Below are positions 9,186-20,440 of a stretch of DNA of 64,000 nucleotides, one piece after another. Under the pieces are notes generated by a model. The model was given only the letters and a program-made list of their open reading frames with translations. It was not told where the DNA came from and ran no database searches. Within the stretch, counting starts at the first letter, position 1; each line of letters opens with the position of its first letter. This DNA is from Longimicrobiales bacterium (lineage in GTDB: Bacteria > Gemmatimonadota > Gemmatimonadetes > Longimicrobiales > Gaopeijiaceae), in NCBI GenBank assembly GCA_965249725.1, contig CBDFMQ010000002.1, forward strand, positions 768,001-832,000, written 5' to 3'. A program made the translations under genes and the position numbers.

Positions 9186-11131
9186 GCCGCCCCCAGGTCT
9201 TCCCGGCTCACTGAGGTGCCCAATAGCCTCAAGATGGTGACCATCACGATTACGCCCAGGAGGAGCGCCACCCACACGGGTAGTCCAAGGGCCGTGCCAA
9301 GATCGCCAAGCACCATCCCTAGGCCGGCGACCATGAACGCGTAGGGCAGCTGGGTCCTCACGTGGTCGACGTGGTCACACGCGGCGGCCGTCGAACTCAG
9401 CACCGTAGTGTCGGAAATCGGAGAGCAGTGGTCCCCGAAAATGGCGCCCGCCAGCACCGAGCTGATGGCACCGAGCAGGATCGAATACTCCCCGGCTACC
9501 ATGAAGCCCTCGCCCCCACCAAGGCTTACCGTGAGTGGAATCACGAGAGGAATCAGGATGGCCATCGTGGCCCATGACGTGCCGGTGGCGAACGCCATGG
9601 CTGCGGCCGTGAGGAACACGAGGGCCGGCACGACCTCGATCGGGAGCGCGTCGCTCAGAATCTGGGCCAGGTACTGTGCGGTCCCGAGGTCGTTCGTCAC
9701 CTGACCGAGCGACCAGGCCATGACGAGGATGATCATCGCGATCAGCATGGCCTTCATCCCTCCGAGCCAAGCGTCCAGTGATTCCTTGACGGACAGGATG
9801 CGCTGAACGACCGAAAGACAGATGGCCATCAAACATCCCGCGAAGGAGCCCCACAGCAGGGTCGCAAACGGATCTGCTGCTCCGAAGATGTCCATGAGTG
9901 AAGCGTCCGCTCCGACTGAGGCGCGGCCCGTGGTATAGAGCCCGATCAGTACGACGAAGATCACGGTCAGCACGGGGATCGCGGCATTGTACCAACGGGG
10001 CACCGCACCCTCGGCTGGTGCCAGGAGCGTGTCGGAGGTGTCCAGAGTCAGCTGGGCACCAGGGCGGTGCAGGCCCTCCCCTCGGGCCGCCCGACCCTCC
10101 GCTGCGGCCATCGGCCCGAAGTCACGATCCATGACTGACGTGATGAACACGAAGGCGAGTGCCAGGAGGGGATAAAAGAGGTACGGGATGGTGGCGACGA
10201 AGACCGCGAAGGGGCTTACGGACGAGAGAGTCTCAACCAGAGCCGGATCTGTACCGGGCTGCGCCGCGGCGATCCTCATTCCGTCGGCGATGAGGGAAAT
10301 CTCGTAACCCACCCAGGTCGAAATGGGGACCAACGCCGCGACGGGTGCGGCCGTGGAGTCGACGATGTAGGCGAGCTTCTCCCTGGAGATGCTCAGGCGG
10401 TCCGTGATGGGCCGCATGGTGTTCCCGACGATGAGCGTGTTGGCGTAGTCGTCGAAGAAGATGGCCAGCCCCGCGAGCCACGTGGCGATCTTCCCGCGCC
10501 GGCTCGTGCTGGCGAACGGGCTGACGGCATCCACGATTCCCTGCGTGCCCCCGTTTCGTGCAACGATTCCGACGAGTCCTCCCAAGAGGAGCGAGAAGAC
10601 CACGATCTGGGTGTGGCCACCGTCACTGTCGGCGAGGGCGGGGACGGCGTAGGTGTCGATCGTCCGCCAAAGGGCCGAGAGGGGGTTGTACCCGGCCACG
10701 GCCAACGCTCCGAGCCAGATTCCCGCGAAGAGGGCCGTAATCACCTCTTTGAAAATCAGGGCCAGCAGGATGGCGACTATGGGCGGCACCAGCGAGAACC
10801 ATCCCGGCGCGAAGGGTGGACGCACCTCGTGCGTGGTATCGCCGATGAGGACCATGAGGGGGAGCGCGTCTCTTCCCGGAACGATCAGATCGGGCACCGT
10901 CGCGGTTTCTCCACGGGCGACGGTTCCGGAGCCCAACAGCGTGTTGGCCGAATTCCGTACCTCGTACCAGAGGGAGGCATCGTCTCCGCCGGTGACGTCC
11001 AGTGTGAACGGGACTCCGCCCAGGACCACCTTGGGGGCGCTGCTCACTTCCTGAGCGATGACGGCTCGCGGCGCGAGCACGGCGAAGGCAATCGCCAGGA
11101 GGAAGAAGCGGGAGATGAAGCTCAGACGCAT
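9182..11131 (-). CDS. Na+/H+ antiporter NhaC-family protein
   Basis: FFDDYAN, SREKLAYIVDSTAAP, FATGTSW, GAIFGDHCSPISDTT, HVRTQLPY. Confidence 0.9.
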   Translation of the reverse strand: MRLSFISRFFLLAIAFAVLAPRAVIAQEVSSAPKVVLGGVPFTLDVTGGDDASLWYEVRNSANTLLGSGTVARGETATVPDLIVPGRDALPLMVLIGDTTHEVRPPFAPGWFSLVPPIVAILLALIFKEVITALFAGIWLGALAVAGYNPLSALWRTIDTYAVPALADSDGGHTQIVVFSLLLGGLVGIVARNGGTQGIVDAVSPFASTSRRGKIATWLAGLAIFFDDYANTLIVGNTMRPITDRLSISREKLAYIVDSTAAPVAALVPISTWVGYEISLIADGMRIAAAQPGTDPALVETLSSVSPFAVFVATIPYLFYPLLALAFVFITSVMDRDFGPMAAAEGRAARGEGLHRPGAQLTLDTSDTLLAPAEGAVPRWYNAAIPVLTVIFVVLIGLYTTGRASVGADASLMDIFGAADPFATLLWGSFAGCLMAICLSVVQRILSVKESLDAWLGGMKAMLIAMIILVMAWSLGQVTNDLGTAQYLAQILSDALPIEVVPALVFLTAAAMAFATGTSWATMAILIPLVIPLTVSLGGGEGFMVAGEYSILLGAISSVLAGAIFGDHCSPISDTTVLSSTAAACDHVDHVRTQLPYAFMVAGLGMVLGDLGTALGLPVWVALLLGVIVMVTILRLLGTSVSREDLGAA

Positions 11132-11345
11132 GGGGGCCCTTTCTGCGGGTGCCGGGTTCGGTCAAACGGGGTTCATGATGCCGGGCCGCCGTTCCCTTGT
11201 AAAGCAATGAGACCTTGTCTACCTTCTGGCGCCCTGGACGTGCATTACGAACCCCGGGGGCCGGCTCCACCGGGGATCGGCCTTCGGGGTTTGCTGCAAA
11301 CAGGATTCGGGTCTACGACAGGAGTAAGCACTGCACGTCTCGATC

Positions 11346-11879
11346 ATGGACGAACAGGCGTTTCGACGGGCCGTAGCACGGATGGCACGCGAGCTCGTCG
11401 AGCAAAATGAGGGGCCCAGTGACCTTGCTCTACTGGGAATCCAGCGCCGTGGTGTCCAGATCGCCCACCTCATCCAGACGGAAGTCGAGCGAGCCGAGGG
11501 TGTCGCGCTCCCGGTCGGCACCCTGGACATCACGCTCTACCGTGATGACCTGATGGCCATCGGACCGCGACCGGTGGTGGGTGAGTCGGTGCTTCCTCCC
11601 GGGGGTGTCGACGAACGAGCGGTCGTGCTCGTGGACGACGTGTTGTTCACGGGGCGTACCATCCGGGCGGCGCTGAACGAACTCATGGACTGGGGGCGGC
11701 CCTCGAGAGTGTTCCTCTGTGTGCTGATCGATCGAGGGGGACGCGAAATCCCGATTCAGCCGGATGTGGTGGGACGCGCGCTGACGGTGCTCCCGAACCA
11801 GAAGGTAGACGTGAGCGTGCCCGAACTGGACGGTAAGCTCGCGGTGGAGATCTCGACCGTTGAGTCGGAGGCGACATGA
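11346..11879 (+). CDS. pyrR: Bifunctional pyr operon regulator / uracil phosphoribosyltransferase
   Basis: [37 protein letters not shown]. Confidence 0.96.
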   Translation: MDEQAFRRAVARMARELVEQNEGPSDLALLGIQRRGVQIAHLIQTEVERAEGVALPVGTLDITLYRDDLMAIGPRPVVGESVLPPGGVDERAVVLVDDVLFTGRTIRAALNELMDWGRPSRVFLCVLIDRGGREIPIQPDVVGRALTVLPNQKVDVSVPELDGKLAVEISTVESEAT

Positions 11880-12847
11880 GTCGACCGGCCTCTTCCATCG
11901 GCAAGGACCTGGTCGGTCTCGAACACCTCACGGCTGAACAAATTCTCACCATTCTCGACGCCTCCGAGCCATTCAAGGAAATCTCGGAACGACGCATCAA
12001 GAAGGTCCCCGTCCTTCGCGGCAAGACGATCGTCAACCTCTTCTTCGAGCCCTCTACCCGCACCCGGGTGTCGTTCGAGTTCGCAGAAAAGCGCCTGAGC
12101 GCCGACACCGTGAACATCTCGTCGAGTGGCTCGTCGGTGGTGAAGGGTGAGACCCTGGTGGATTCGGCTCGGAATCTCGAGGCCATGCGGATCGACATGG
12201 TGGTCATGCGGCACGGCTCTTCCGGAGCGGCCAAGTTCCTGGCAGAGCGGATTCCCTCGATGGTCATCAACGCCGGCGACGGAAGCCACGAGCATCCCAC
12301 CCAGGCCCTGCTCGACATGTTGACCATTCGGGATCACCTCGGACGCATCGAGGGTCTCAAGGTCTGTATCGTCGGTGATATCCGGCACTCGAGGGTGGCT
12401 CGTTCCAACATCTACGGACTGATCAAGCTCGGTGCCGAGGTTGCCGTATGCGGCCCGCAGACATTGCTGCCGATGGGAATCGCGGATCTCGGTGTGACGG
12501 TCTTCCAGCGTATCGAAGAGGCCATCGAGTGGGCCGACGTGCTCAACGTGCTTCGGCTTCAGCTCGAACGCATGGAGGGTGGATTCATACCGAGCCTGCG
12601 CGAATACAATCAGGTCTGGGGGGTCACGAGTGCCCGGCTCGAGCGGGCGCCCAAGGAAGTCCTCATCATGCACCCTGGCCCCATGAACCGCGGCGTGGAA
12701 ATCGATAGCGACGTGGCCGATGGTCCCCACTCGGTCATTCTGGAGCAAGTGACGAATGGAGTCGCCGTTCGCATGGCCGTGCTCTATTTGCTGGCCGGCG
12801 GGGAACCCGACACGGCCGAGGCCGCCAAGGAGAGTGACGAGGTATGA
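11876..12847 (+). CDS. pyrB: Aspartate carbamoyltransferase catalytic subunit
   Basis: [34 protein letters not shown]. Confidence 0.97.
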   Translation: MSRPASSIGKDLVGLEHLTAEQILTILDASEPFKEISERRIKKVPVLRGKTIVNLFFEPSTRTRVSFEFAEKRLSADTVNISSSGSSVVKGETLVDSARNLEAMRIDMVVMRHGSSGAAKFLAERIPSMVINAGDGSHEHPTQALLDMLTIRDHLGRIEGLKVCIVGDIRHSRVARSNIYGLIKLGAEVAVCGPQTLLPMGIADLGVTVFQRIEEAIEWADVLNVLRLQLERMEGGFIPSLREYNQVWGVTSARLERAPKEVLIMHPGPMNRGVEIDSDVADGPHSVILEQVTNGVAVRMAVLYLLAGGEPDTAEAAKESDEV

Positions 12848-14136
12848 GTGCATCGCTTCTGATTCAGGGCGGTCGGGTGGTAGACCCGAGCCAGGACCTG
12901 GATGGCACCAGAGACGTGCTCATCGTCGACGGGCGGATTGCCGCGGTCGGCGAAGGGCTCGCCGCTCCAGAGGGTGCGCAGACGATCGACGCCTCGGGGC
13001 TGCTCGTCACTCCGGGGCTCATCGATGTTCACGTGCATCTCCGGGAGCCCGGCGGTGAGCACAAGGAGACAATCGCGACGGGTGCCAAGGCCGCCGCGGC
13101 CGGTGGGTTCACGGCCATCTGCGCCATGCCCAACACCGATCCGGTGGTGGACGACCCCGCCGGGGTCGGCTTCGTCCTGGCGCAGGGGTTGGCGGCGCGG
13201 GCTTCGCGGGTCTATCCGGTCGGGGCCATTTCGCACGGACAGGAGGGTCGCCAGCTGGCGGCCATCGGCGAGATGGTAGAGGCCGGGGCGGTGGGCATTA
13301 CCGACGACGGGAATCCGGTCATGGACTCCGGACTCATGAGGCGAGCGCTGGAGTACGCGCAGGCTTTCGGCGTGCCGGTTGCCGACCATCCGGAGGACCT
13401 GGGACTCTCGGGACAGGGGGCCATGAACGAAGGTCTGGTGTCCACACGGTTGGGCCTGAGGGGAAAGCTCAACGCTTCCGAAGACGTCCACATTGTTCGC
13501 GACCTGATGTTGGCCGAACTCACCGGCGGCCACATCCACCTGCAGCACGTGTCGACTGCCGGCGGTGTGGACGCGATCCGGCAGGCCAAGGCCCGGGGCG
13601 TCCGGGTGACGGCCGAGGCATCTCCGCATCACCTGATGCTTACGGACGAGGCGGTGGAAGGGTACGACACCGATGCCAAGATGAACCCGCCCCTCCGCTC
13701 GGCCGTCGACCGAGAGGCGGTGCGGCAGGGGTTGGCCGACGGGACACTCTGTGTTCTAGCCACCGATCATGCCCCTCACCACTACGACGAGAAGGAACAG
13801 GCCTTCGACGATGCGCCCAACGGCATCGTCGGTCTGGAGACGTCCTTGGGGCTCGCCCTCACGCATGTCGTGGGCGAGGGCGTCATCGATCTGCCCAGGC
13901 TGATCGACCGTATGAGCTGCAGTCCCGCCCGCGCCTTCGGTCTCGAAGGAGGCACGTTGTCCGACGGGTCGCTCGGCGATGTCACCATCATCGATCTCGA
14001 AGAGGCGTGGACGGTGGATCGAGCGGCATTCCAGTCGAAGAGCGGCAACACGCCCTTCCACGGGTGGGATCTCAAGGGACGTGCTCGCTACACGATCGTA
14101 GACGGACAGGTGGTCTGGGGGGCTGGGGAGCTTTAG
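12844..14136 (+). CDS. pyrC: Dihydroorotase
   Basis: [31 protein letters not shown]. Confidence 0.96.
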   Translation: MSASLLIQGGRVVDPSQDLDGTRDVLIVDGRIAAVGEGLAAPEGAQTIDASGLLVTPGLIDVHVHLREPGGEHKETIATGAKAAAAGGFTAICAMPNTDPVVDDPAGVGFVLAQGLAARASRVYPVGAISHGQEGRQLAAIGEMVEAGAVGITDDGNPVMDSGLMRRALEYAQAFGVPVADHPEDLGLSGQGAMNEGLVSTRLGLRGKLNASEDVHIVRDLMLAELTGGHIHLQHVSTAGGVDAIRQAKARGVRVTAEASPHHLMLTDEAVEGYDTDAKMNPPLRSAVDREAVRQGLADGTLCVLATDHAPHHYDEKEQAFDDAPNGIVGLETSLGLALTHVVGEGVIDLPRLIDRMSCSPARAFGLEGGTLSDGSLGDVTIIDLEEAWTVDRAAFQSKSGNTPFHGWDLKGRARYTIVDGQVVWGAGEL

Positions 14137-14143
14137 TGAAGCC

Positions 14144-15085
14144 CTAGAGGGGGATTCGAAGCCCCTCGGTCGCCACTTCGAATCCACGGCGCTGAATCTC
14201 CCGCTCCTGCGGACCCCCGCGGTCCAACGCCGGATTCGTGTTGTTCAGGTGGATGAAGACCACCCGACTCTGGCTCTGCGCAACGTCCTCCAGCAGATCC
14301 ATACTGTGCGGCACCAGGGGATGGGGAATGTCCTCGATATTGCGCCCCGGTATTTCGTCGCCCGAATAGAAGCTCCCGTCGATGAGCGCGACGTCCACAC
14401 CGGCCACGACCTCTGCTACCGGTCGGTCCCACTCCTCCCACGAGTCGATGTCCGGTATGTAGAGGATTGTCTGGCGGGAACCGCGAAACATGTACCCGAC
14501 CGTATCCGAGAACTCGGGCCGATGAGGTACCGGTACCATCTGCACATCGAAGACGCCGTCGACATTGGTCCAGCGGTTTATCCCAATACGCGGAAACTCC
14601 AGGCGTCCCTCGTCGACCAGCAGGCTCCATGGGGCGTTGTCCGTGAGCATACGCTCCATGGCGGGCGAACAGTAGCAGGGCGTGGGGGCGATGCCGACGC
14701 CCTCCCTACCCAGAAGGGCGAGCCCGAGGTAGTGCCCCATGTGGCCGTGCGTCAGGAAGATGCCGTCGAACGGGTCACGGCGGTTCGCTCGTTCCCGGAA
14801 GGCCGGTTCGTCGATCAGGTCCATCTGAGGGACGAGGTTCGGTGAAGCGTCCACCAGGTAGAAACGCTCGGCCCCTGGGTCTACGATGGCCAGTGAGGCG
14901 ACGTACCGAGGGGGCTGGGTTCGTGCCTGATCACATCGTTCGCTGTAGCACCCCGCCTGAGGTAGCCCGCCGTCTTGCACGACCCCCAACACGAGCACAT
15001 AGGGCTCTGTCTGCAGGAAGAGGTCCTTCGGCGCGCCGGCCGCCACGAGAGCGGACCCCAGGAACGCCCGGCGCGACAGGTTCAT
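14144..15085 (-). CDS. Tat-exported MBL-fold metallohydrolase (PqqB-like)
   Basis: SRRAFL twin-arginine signal, QDGGLPQAGC, LTHGHMGH, IPHP, FIHLNNTNP. Confidence 0.82.
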   Translation of the reverse strand: MNLSRRAFLGSALVAAGAPKDLFLQTEPYVLVLGVVQDGGLPQAGCYSERCDQARTQPPRYVASLAIVDPGAERFYLVDASPNLVPQMDLIDEPAFRERANRRDPFDGIFLTHGHMGHYLGLALLGREGVGIAPTPCYCSPAMERMLTDNAPWSLLVDEGRLEFPRIGINRWTNVDGVFDVQMVPVPHRPEFSDTVGYMFRGSRQTILYIPDIDSWEEWDRPVAEVVAGVDVALIDGSFYSGDEIPGRNIEDIPHPLVPHSMDLLEDVAQSQSRVVFIHLNNTNPALDRGGPQEREIQRRGFEVATEGLRIPL

Positions 15086-15282
15086 CGTCGGAGGGATCTA
15101 GGTCGCCGGATCATAGACCCGGTCCACCGTGAAGTTCTGCTCCATGCGTGAGTTGGAGAGCCTGGTCTACGTCCACTTCATCCCTGACCTCCTTTGGGAA
15201 TGACCATAAGGCAGACAGAACTCTCCTTCACACTAAGGTATCGTTCGCGTGTCGCAAGTGGGTGGATCCGGTCTAGGGGCAC

Positions 15283-15313
15283 AAAAAAACTCGGTCGGCG
15301 TGAGCCGACCGAG
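15283..15313 (-). terminator. Intrinsic terminator downstream of rpsT
   Basis: 10 bp perfect stem CTCGGTCGGC/GCCGACCGAG followed by T7 on the minus strand. Confidence 0.85.
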
Positions 15314-15347
15314 CCCCGGTGCGGTGCGGACCGGTAGGCGGAATGAC

Positions 15348-15602
15348 CTAGGCCATCCCGTTTACCCTGCGTGCCAAGTTGCTCTTCATGCGGGCCACCG
15401 CGTTCGGGTGAATCAAACGACTCGTGGCGGCGCGATCGAGGAGTACTTGAACGCTCTTGTATGCGGTCTGGGCCTCTGTGGCGTCCGTCGCGTGCTGGAC
15501 TCTCTTGATCGCTGTCCGCAGGCGCGCGCGCTGGCCCCGGTTACGCTCATTGGCGACGCGGCTCAAGCCCATCCGCTTCTTGGCACTCTTAATGTTCGGC
15601 AT
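15348..15602 (-). CDS. rpsT: 30S ribosomal protein S20
   Basis: MPNIKSAKKR...LIHPNAVARMKS. Confidence 0.97.
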   Translation of the reverse strand: MPNIKSAKKRMGLSRVANERNRGQRARLRTAIKRVQHATDATEAQTAYKSVQVLLDRAATSRLIHPNAVARMKSNLARRVNGMA

Positions 15603-15824
15603 GCGAATCCCTAAACCTTGGTTCTACCTTCCAAATCAGCGTGAGAGTATATCCGAAAGCGGAGGGCCGATCAAGAACCGGTCGCTGTCGGAGGCATCTC
15701 GTGCGGGACCGCTGGGACGAAGGTGGTCCTGGGTTCGGAACGGCCGGCCGAGACGCTCGGAACGGCCTCCGACGTGCGCTTCGGAGGGGTAGCCTCCATC
15801 AGGCATCGCGGGTACCTTCTCGCG

Positions 15825-16478
15825 ATGGATTTCCTGTCCCTTCTTCCCGTGCTCATTTTCTCGATCGTGGTGCACGAGGTGGCCCACGCATGGGTGGCCC
15901 TCAGGGAGGGTGACGACACCGCCCACAAGCTGGGACGCATCACACTCAATCCCGTTTCCCACATGGACCTGATGGGATCGTTTCTGGTCCCCGTTGCACT
16001 GTTTTTCATGTCGAACGGTTTGATTTTCGGGTGGGCGAAGCCGGTACCGATCGATCCGCGAAAGTTCAGGAACTACAAGAGCGGCGACATCAAGGTGTCG
16101 CTTGCCGGAATCGTCTCCAACCTGATCCTGGCGGTGCTCTTCACGCTCTTGGCGATGATCCTGGTGAAGGTCCAGGTCGTGTCGGGTGGGGACGGAGTCG
16201 TTCTCGGATTCCTGATTCGGATGGCCCGCTTCGGGATCTTCATCAACCTGATCCTCGCGGTCTTCAACCTGATTCCGATTCCGCCGCTCGATGGGTCGCA
16301 CGTGATGTACCACATGCTGCCGGCACAGTGGGGAGGGACGTACCGCCAGGCCGGGCGCTACGGCATGCTGGTGCTCATGGGGCTCGTCTTCTTCTATCCT
16401 CCTTTCTTCAGCTTCGTGCTCTGGCCCGTGCTGGCTCTGATGGGTCTGGCAGACTCGCTGATCGAACTGTGGATCTGA
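15825..16478 (+). CDS. Site-2 protease (M50 family)
   Basis: HEVAH, GRITLNP, GWAKPVP, FNLIPIPPLDG. Confidence 0.93.
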   Translation: MDFLSLLPVLIFSIVVHEVAHAWVALREGDDTAHKLGRITLNPVSHMDLMGSFLVPVALFFMSNGLIFGWAKPVPIDPRKFRNYKSGDIKVSLAGIVSNLILAVLFTLLAMILVKVQVVSGGDGVVLGFLIRMARFGIFINLILAVFNLIPIPPLDGSHVMYHMLPAQWGGTYRQAGRYGMLVLMGLVFFYPPFFSFVLWPVLALMGLADSLIELWI

Positions 16479-17308
16479 CGCCCACCGCCAGTCCTCTCGC
16501 CGATGAGGACTTCCTGGTCATCGACATCGAGCGATTCCAGGGTCCACTGGATCTGCTGCTTCATCTGATCCGGCAGCAGGACATCGACATCTTCGAGATT
16601 CCGATCGCCCGGATCACTCGTCAATTCCTGAGTGCCGTCGTCGATATTCAGGCCAAGGATCTCGACAATGCCGGCGAATTCCTGGAAATGGCGGCCAGCC
16701 TCATCCGGATCAAGGCGCAGTTGCTGCTGCCTCGGCACGGCGACGCTGAAGACGAGGATCCCCGGGCAGAATTGGTGCGCCGCCTCCTCGAGTACGAGCA
16801 GATTCGAGAAATCAGCGAGCGATTGGCCACTTCGGAGGCCGAGCGTGGTCGGCGGTTCGGGAAGGGCTACCTGGAGCCTCGGATACGCCCTCCCATGGAG
16901 GAGACGGAGTTGGAGACGACCTGGGAAGAGGTGTTCCAGGCCGCCCTCGAGGTGACCCCTCCAGACCCCGGGATCCGGGCCCATCTCGTGACCACCCGTC
17001 CTGTTGCGATGGATGACAAGATGAACTTGATTCTCGGCACGCTCGGTCGTGTTCGACGGATCGAGTTCAGTAGGCTCGTGCGGCCGTTCAAGAATCGTAT
17101 GCACGGCGTGATGACATTCCTCGCCGGACTCGAGCTTACACGGAGGAGGCGCGTGAAGCTTCGGCAAGTGAAGCCGTTCACGGAATTGTGGGTCTATCGC
17201 GGTCTTGGCACCGCCGAAGAATCAGATGAAGGCATCGAGGCTTGGGGAGACGAGAACCCCGAGGTCGATGCTCCTGACGGCCCCGAGGGCCGAGGAGAAG
17301 CATCGTGA
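16469..17308 (+). CDS. scpA: Segregation/condensation protein A
   Basis: FQGPLDLLLHLI, EFLEMAA, EDPRAELVRRLLEY, TFLAGLEL; GTG start overlaps the previous gene. Confidence 0.93.
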   Translation: MDLTPTASPLADEDFLVIDIERFQGPLDLLLHLIRQQDIDIFEIPIARITRQFLSAVVDIQAKDLDNAGEFLEMAASLIRIKAQLLLPRHGDAEDEDPRAELVRRLLEYEQIREISERLATSEAERGRRFGKGYLEPRIRPPMEETELETTWEEVFQAALEVTPPDPGIRAHLVTTRPVAMDDKMNLILGTLGRVRRIEFSRLVRPFKNRMHGVMTFLAGLELTRRRRVKLRQVKPFTELWVYRGLGTAEESDEGIEAWGDENPEVDAPDGPEGRGEAS

Positions 17309-18033
17309 ATCCGGCTCAGGTCGTAGAGGCCGTTCTGTTCGCTTCGGACGCTCCGCTGAAGGCGGAGGAGATCGCGCGTGCGGATGAGTCCCTCGACGAA
17401 GACCTCATCGAGGATGCAATCGGAGAGTTGAACGCGGCCTACTCCGAGTCGGAGCGGGCGTTCGAAATCCGAGAACTCGGAGAAGGATTCCAGCTGCTGA
17501 CTCGATCCGAGTTCGCTCCCTATCTCGAGCGTTTCGACACGGTGCCGCGCCCCTCGCGCGTGTCGGGCCCCGCATTGGAGACGCTCGCGATCATCGCCTA
17601 TCGTCAGCCGATCGGACGCATCGAGGTCGAGTATATTCGCGGCGTCAGTTCGGCCGGTGTCATACGCACGCTGACGGATCGGGGGCTCGTCGACGTGGTA
17701 GCCCGGGGCGAGGGACTCGGCCGGCCTCTTCTGTACGGCACGACCAGTCGATTCCTCGAGCACTTCGGCTTCCGCTCGCTCGATGACCTTCCGCGTCCGG
17801 AGGCACTGCCGGTCATCCTTCGCGACCGTGTTCCGGTGGAGGATATGCTCCCACAGGACGAGGAAGTCGTGGAGGAGCCCTCGGTCGCCGCTCCGGAGCT
17901 CGGAGTCGAGGACGTGCTGGCCGGTGACGCGTCGATGGCCCTCGAAGCCGGGGAAGACGTAGAGGCCGAGGGCGTTCTCGATGCGGAGGATCTCGGCGAT
18001 ACCGAGGCCGCCGAGGATACCGACTCCGACTGA
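17305..18033 (+). CDS. scpB: SMC-Scp complex subunit B
   Basis: ALETLAIIAYRQP, IRGV, GRPLLYGTT..FLEHFG. Confidence 0.95.
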   Translation: MNPAQVVEAVLFASDAPLKAEEIARADESLDEDLIEDAIGELNAAYSESERAFEIRELGEGFQLLTRSEFAPYLERFDTVPRPSRVSGPALETLAIIAYRQPIGRIEVEYIRGVSSAGVIRTLTDRGLVDVVARGEGLGRPLLYGTTSRFLEHFGFRSLDDLPRPEALPVILRDRVPVEDMLPQDEEVVEEPSVAAPELGVEDVLAGDASMALEAGEDVEAEGVLDAEDLGDTEAAEDTDSD

Positions 18034-18046
18034 GGGCCACGGTCCG

Positions 18047-18772
18047 ATGCGGATCCAGAAGTTCCTATCCAGGGCCGGGGTGGCCTCTCGACGAAAGGCG
18101 GAGAAGCTCGTCGAGGAGGGCCGCGTCACGGTGAACGGGGTGGTCACCACCGAACTCGGAATCAGCGTCGATCCGGACCGCGATTTCGTAACCGTTGACG
18201 GGGAGACGGCAGCCCTTCCGGTACGGCGTTGGGTCCGTTTTCACAAACCCGCCGGGGTGCTGACCACGGTGGAGGATACCCACGGTCGGCCCACCATCTA
18301 CGACCGCCTGCCCCCCGAATTCAGCCCCCTCAAATATGTCGGCCGTCTAGACATGCCGACCGAAGGGCTGCTCCTGCTCACCAACGACGGCGACCTGGCG
18401 AACCGGCTTCAGCATCCGAGTTCTCAGGTGGAGCGAGAGTACGAGGCGCGGGTAAAAGGGATACCGACCGAGAAGACCCTCCAACGCCTGAGGGAGGGTG
18501 TAGATTTAGAGGACGGCTTCGCCCGCCCGACCCGAGTCGATCCCGGCCGACCCGACGGGAGGTACGGCACCTTGACCCTGGTGTTGACGGAAGGCCGTAA
18601 GCGTGAGGTGCGCAGGCTCCTCGAAGCGGTGGGCCACCCGGTGGCCGCTTTGAGGCGGGTCCGGTTCGGACCGATTCGTCTGGGATACTTACCGGTCGGC
18701 GAATGGGAAGAGCTGAGCGACGAAGATATCCAGGCCCTCGAAGGATGTGTCGAGGACCCCGACCGAGAATAG
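18047..18772 (+). CDS. rluB: rRNA pseudouridine synthase (RluB/RsuA family)
   Basis: S4 domain RIQKFLSRAGVASRR, VGRLD, EGRKREVRR; scpAB-rluB synteny. Confidence 0.88.
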   Translation: MRIQKFLSRAGVASRRKAEKLVEEGRVTVNGVVTTELGISVDPDRDFVTVDGETAALPVRRWVRFHKPAGVLTTVEDTHGRPTIYDRLPPEFSPLKYVGRLDMPTEGLLLLTNDGDLANRLQHPSSQVEREYEARVKGIPTEKTLQRLREGVDLEDGFARPTRVDPGRPDGRYGTLTLVLTEGRKREVRRLLEAVGHPVAALRRVRFGPIRLGYLPVGEWEELSDEDIQALEGCVEDPDRE

Positions 18773-18784
18773 AAGGTGACCTAG

Positions 18785-20440
18785 ATGGAACTCACGGATA
18801 GAACGGTGCTCGTCCTGGGAGGGGCGGGGCTCGTGGGGTTCGCAGTCTCCCGGCGGATGATCGAGTACTCACCGAAACGGCTCATCATCACATCACTTCG
18901 CCGCACCGAGGCGGAGGATAGGGTGCGCGAGCTCGAGGCCGAATCCACCGGCACCTCAACTTCGATCGAGGCGGCGTGGGGCGACCTCTTCGTTCAGGAA
19001 GACGTCCGTGAGCGACCCCGCGAAGACATTCTCGGAGATGCCGACGCGCGCGGACGAATGGTGGACGACCTCTTCGGTCCTCTCACCCAAGAGGTGCTGG
19101 ACCGGTCGGCCCTCGGCAGCCTGCTCGCTCGAGCTCGTCCCGACGTGATCGTGGACTGCATCAACACGGCCGGAGCTCTGGCTTATCAGGACACGTTCCA
19201 CTCGGCTGCCGAACTCCGCGCCGGGGCGGAGGAGGGGGTGGTGGACGGTGAGGCCGTGGAGCGTCACCTCTCGACCATGTACCTGCCGCAGCTCATCCGG
19301 CACGTGCAGATCGCCTTGGAAGGGATGATCCAGGCCGGAACGGGCATCTACGTGAAGGTGGGGACTGTGGGAACCGGGGGTATGGGGTTGAACATTCCGT
19401 TCACCCATTCGGAGGAGCGGCCCTCGCGCGTGCTCCTGGCCAAGTCGGGCTTGGCGGGGGCTCATACGCTTCTGCTCTATCTCATGGCACGAACCCCCGA
19501 TGCGCCGGCGGTGAAGGAAGTCAAACCGACTGCAGCCATTTCGTGGAGATCGATCTCCTTCGGCGCCATCACGAAGGGTGGATCTCCGTTGACCCTTTCG
19601 GACTCCACGGGCCCGGTGCCGGTGGCCGAAGCGTTCGTCAACGGAGCGGGGGGTTTCAAGATCCTCGATGAGCCCCTGGCAGGCGTCTACATCGACGCGG
19701 GAGAGAATGGACTCTTCTCGTTGCCCGAGTTCGAGGCCCTGACGTCTCTCGGTCTCATGGAGTTCGTGACCCCCGAGGAGATCGCCGAGAACGTGGTCCG
19801 GGAAATCCAGGGCCACCCCACGGGACGGGACGTCGTGGCGGCACTCGATGCCGCCACGATGGGACCGACCTATCGTGCCGGGGTGCTGCGGAGTGAGGCC
19901 TTGGGGGCGATGGAGCGACTCGAAGCTGAACACGGGATCGAGTCGGTGGCGTACGAGATGTTGGGACCGCCGCGATTGTCGAAGCTCCTGTTCGAAGCCG
20001 CGATCCTCGAAAGGCTCTACGGCGTGATGGAGGCAGCTGCGGGGCTGGATCCGGAAGATGCCGCGCGTCGGAGTCAGGAGCTCATCCAGACCGATGATGA
20101 ACTCCGCCAACGCATCCTTACGATCGGACTTCCGATTCTGCTCCCCGACGGAGAGGCTGTCCTGAGGGGCGTCAACGTAAAGGTCCCACCGGAGGCCGGC
20201 TTGGAACCCACCGACGACAAGATCGTCAATGCGGGTTGGGTCGACCTGCGGTCGAGCAACTGGAGTCTCTGGCGGGACCGCATCACCGGGGTCGCCGTCG
20301 AGATCCGCAACCGCCCCGGAGTGATGGAAGGGTCTCAGGGTGATCAGGAATTCGGAGACGCGGAGGGCCGGATTCGTCCGGGGCGCATGGCCGCGTGGAT
20401 CTTCCGCTACGAGGACAAGGGCGAGCGCATCAAGCGGTAG
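18785..20440 (+). CDS. Uncharacterised Rossmann-fold (short-chain dehydrogenase-like) protein
   Basis: N-terminal VLVLGGAGLVG, DCINTA, GTGGMGLNIPFTHSE. Confidence 0.75.
   Translation: MELTDRTVLVLGGAGLVGFAVSRRMIEYSPKRLIITSLRRTEAEDRVRELEAESTGTSTSIEAAWGDLFVQEDVRERPREDILGDADARGRMVDDLFGPLTQEVLDRSALGSLLARARPDVIVDCINTAGALAYQDTFHSAAELRAGAEEGVVDGEAVERHLSTMYLPQLIRHVQIALEGMIQAGTGIYVKVGTVGTGGMGLNIPFTHSEERPSRVLLAKSGLAGAHTLLLYLMARTPDAPAVKEVKPTAAISWRSISFGAITKGGSPLTLSDSTGPVPVAEAFVNGAGGFKILDEPLAGVYIDAGENGLFSLPEFEALTSLGLMEFVTPEEIAENVVREIQGHPTGRDVVAALDAATMGPTYRAGVLRSEALGAMERLEAEHGIESVAYEMLGPPRLSKLLFEAAILERLYGVMEAAAGLDPEDAARRSQELIQTDDELRQRILTIGLPILLPDGEAVLRGVNVKVPPEAGLEPTDDKIVNAGWVDLRSSNWSLWRDRITGVAVEIRNRPGVMEGSQGDQEFGDAEGRIRPGRMAAWIFRYEDKGERIKR

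Noticed and set aside
11132..11345. PyrR-binding attenuator upstream of pyrR
   Set aside because: I could not find the ARUCCNGNGAGGYU loop or a U-tailed terminator.
14144..15085. A PQQ biosynthesis cluster
   Set aside because: Only a Tat-exported PqqB-like MBL protein is present; no pqqC, pqqD, pqqE or a valid pqqA.
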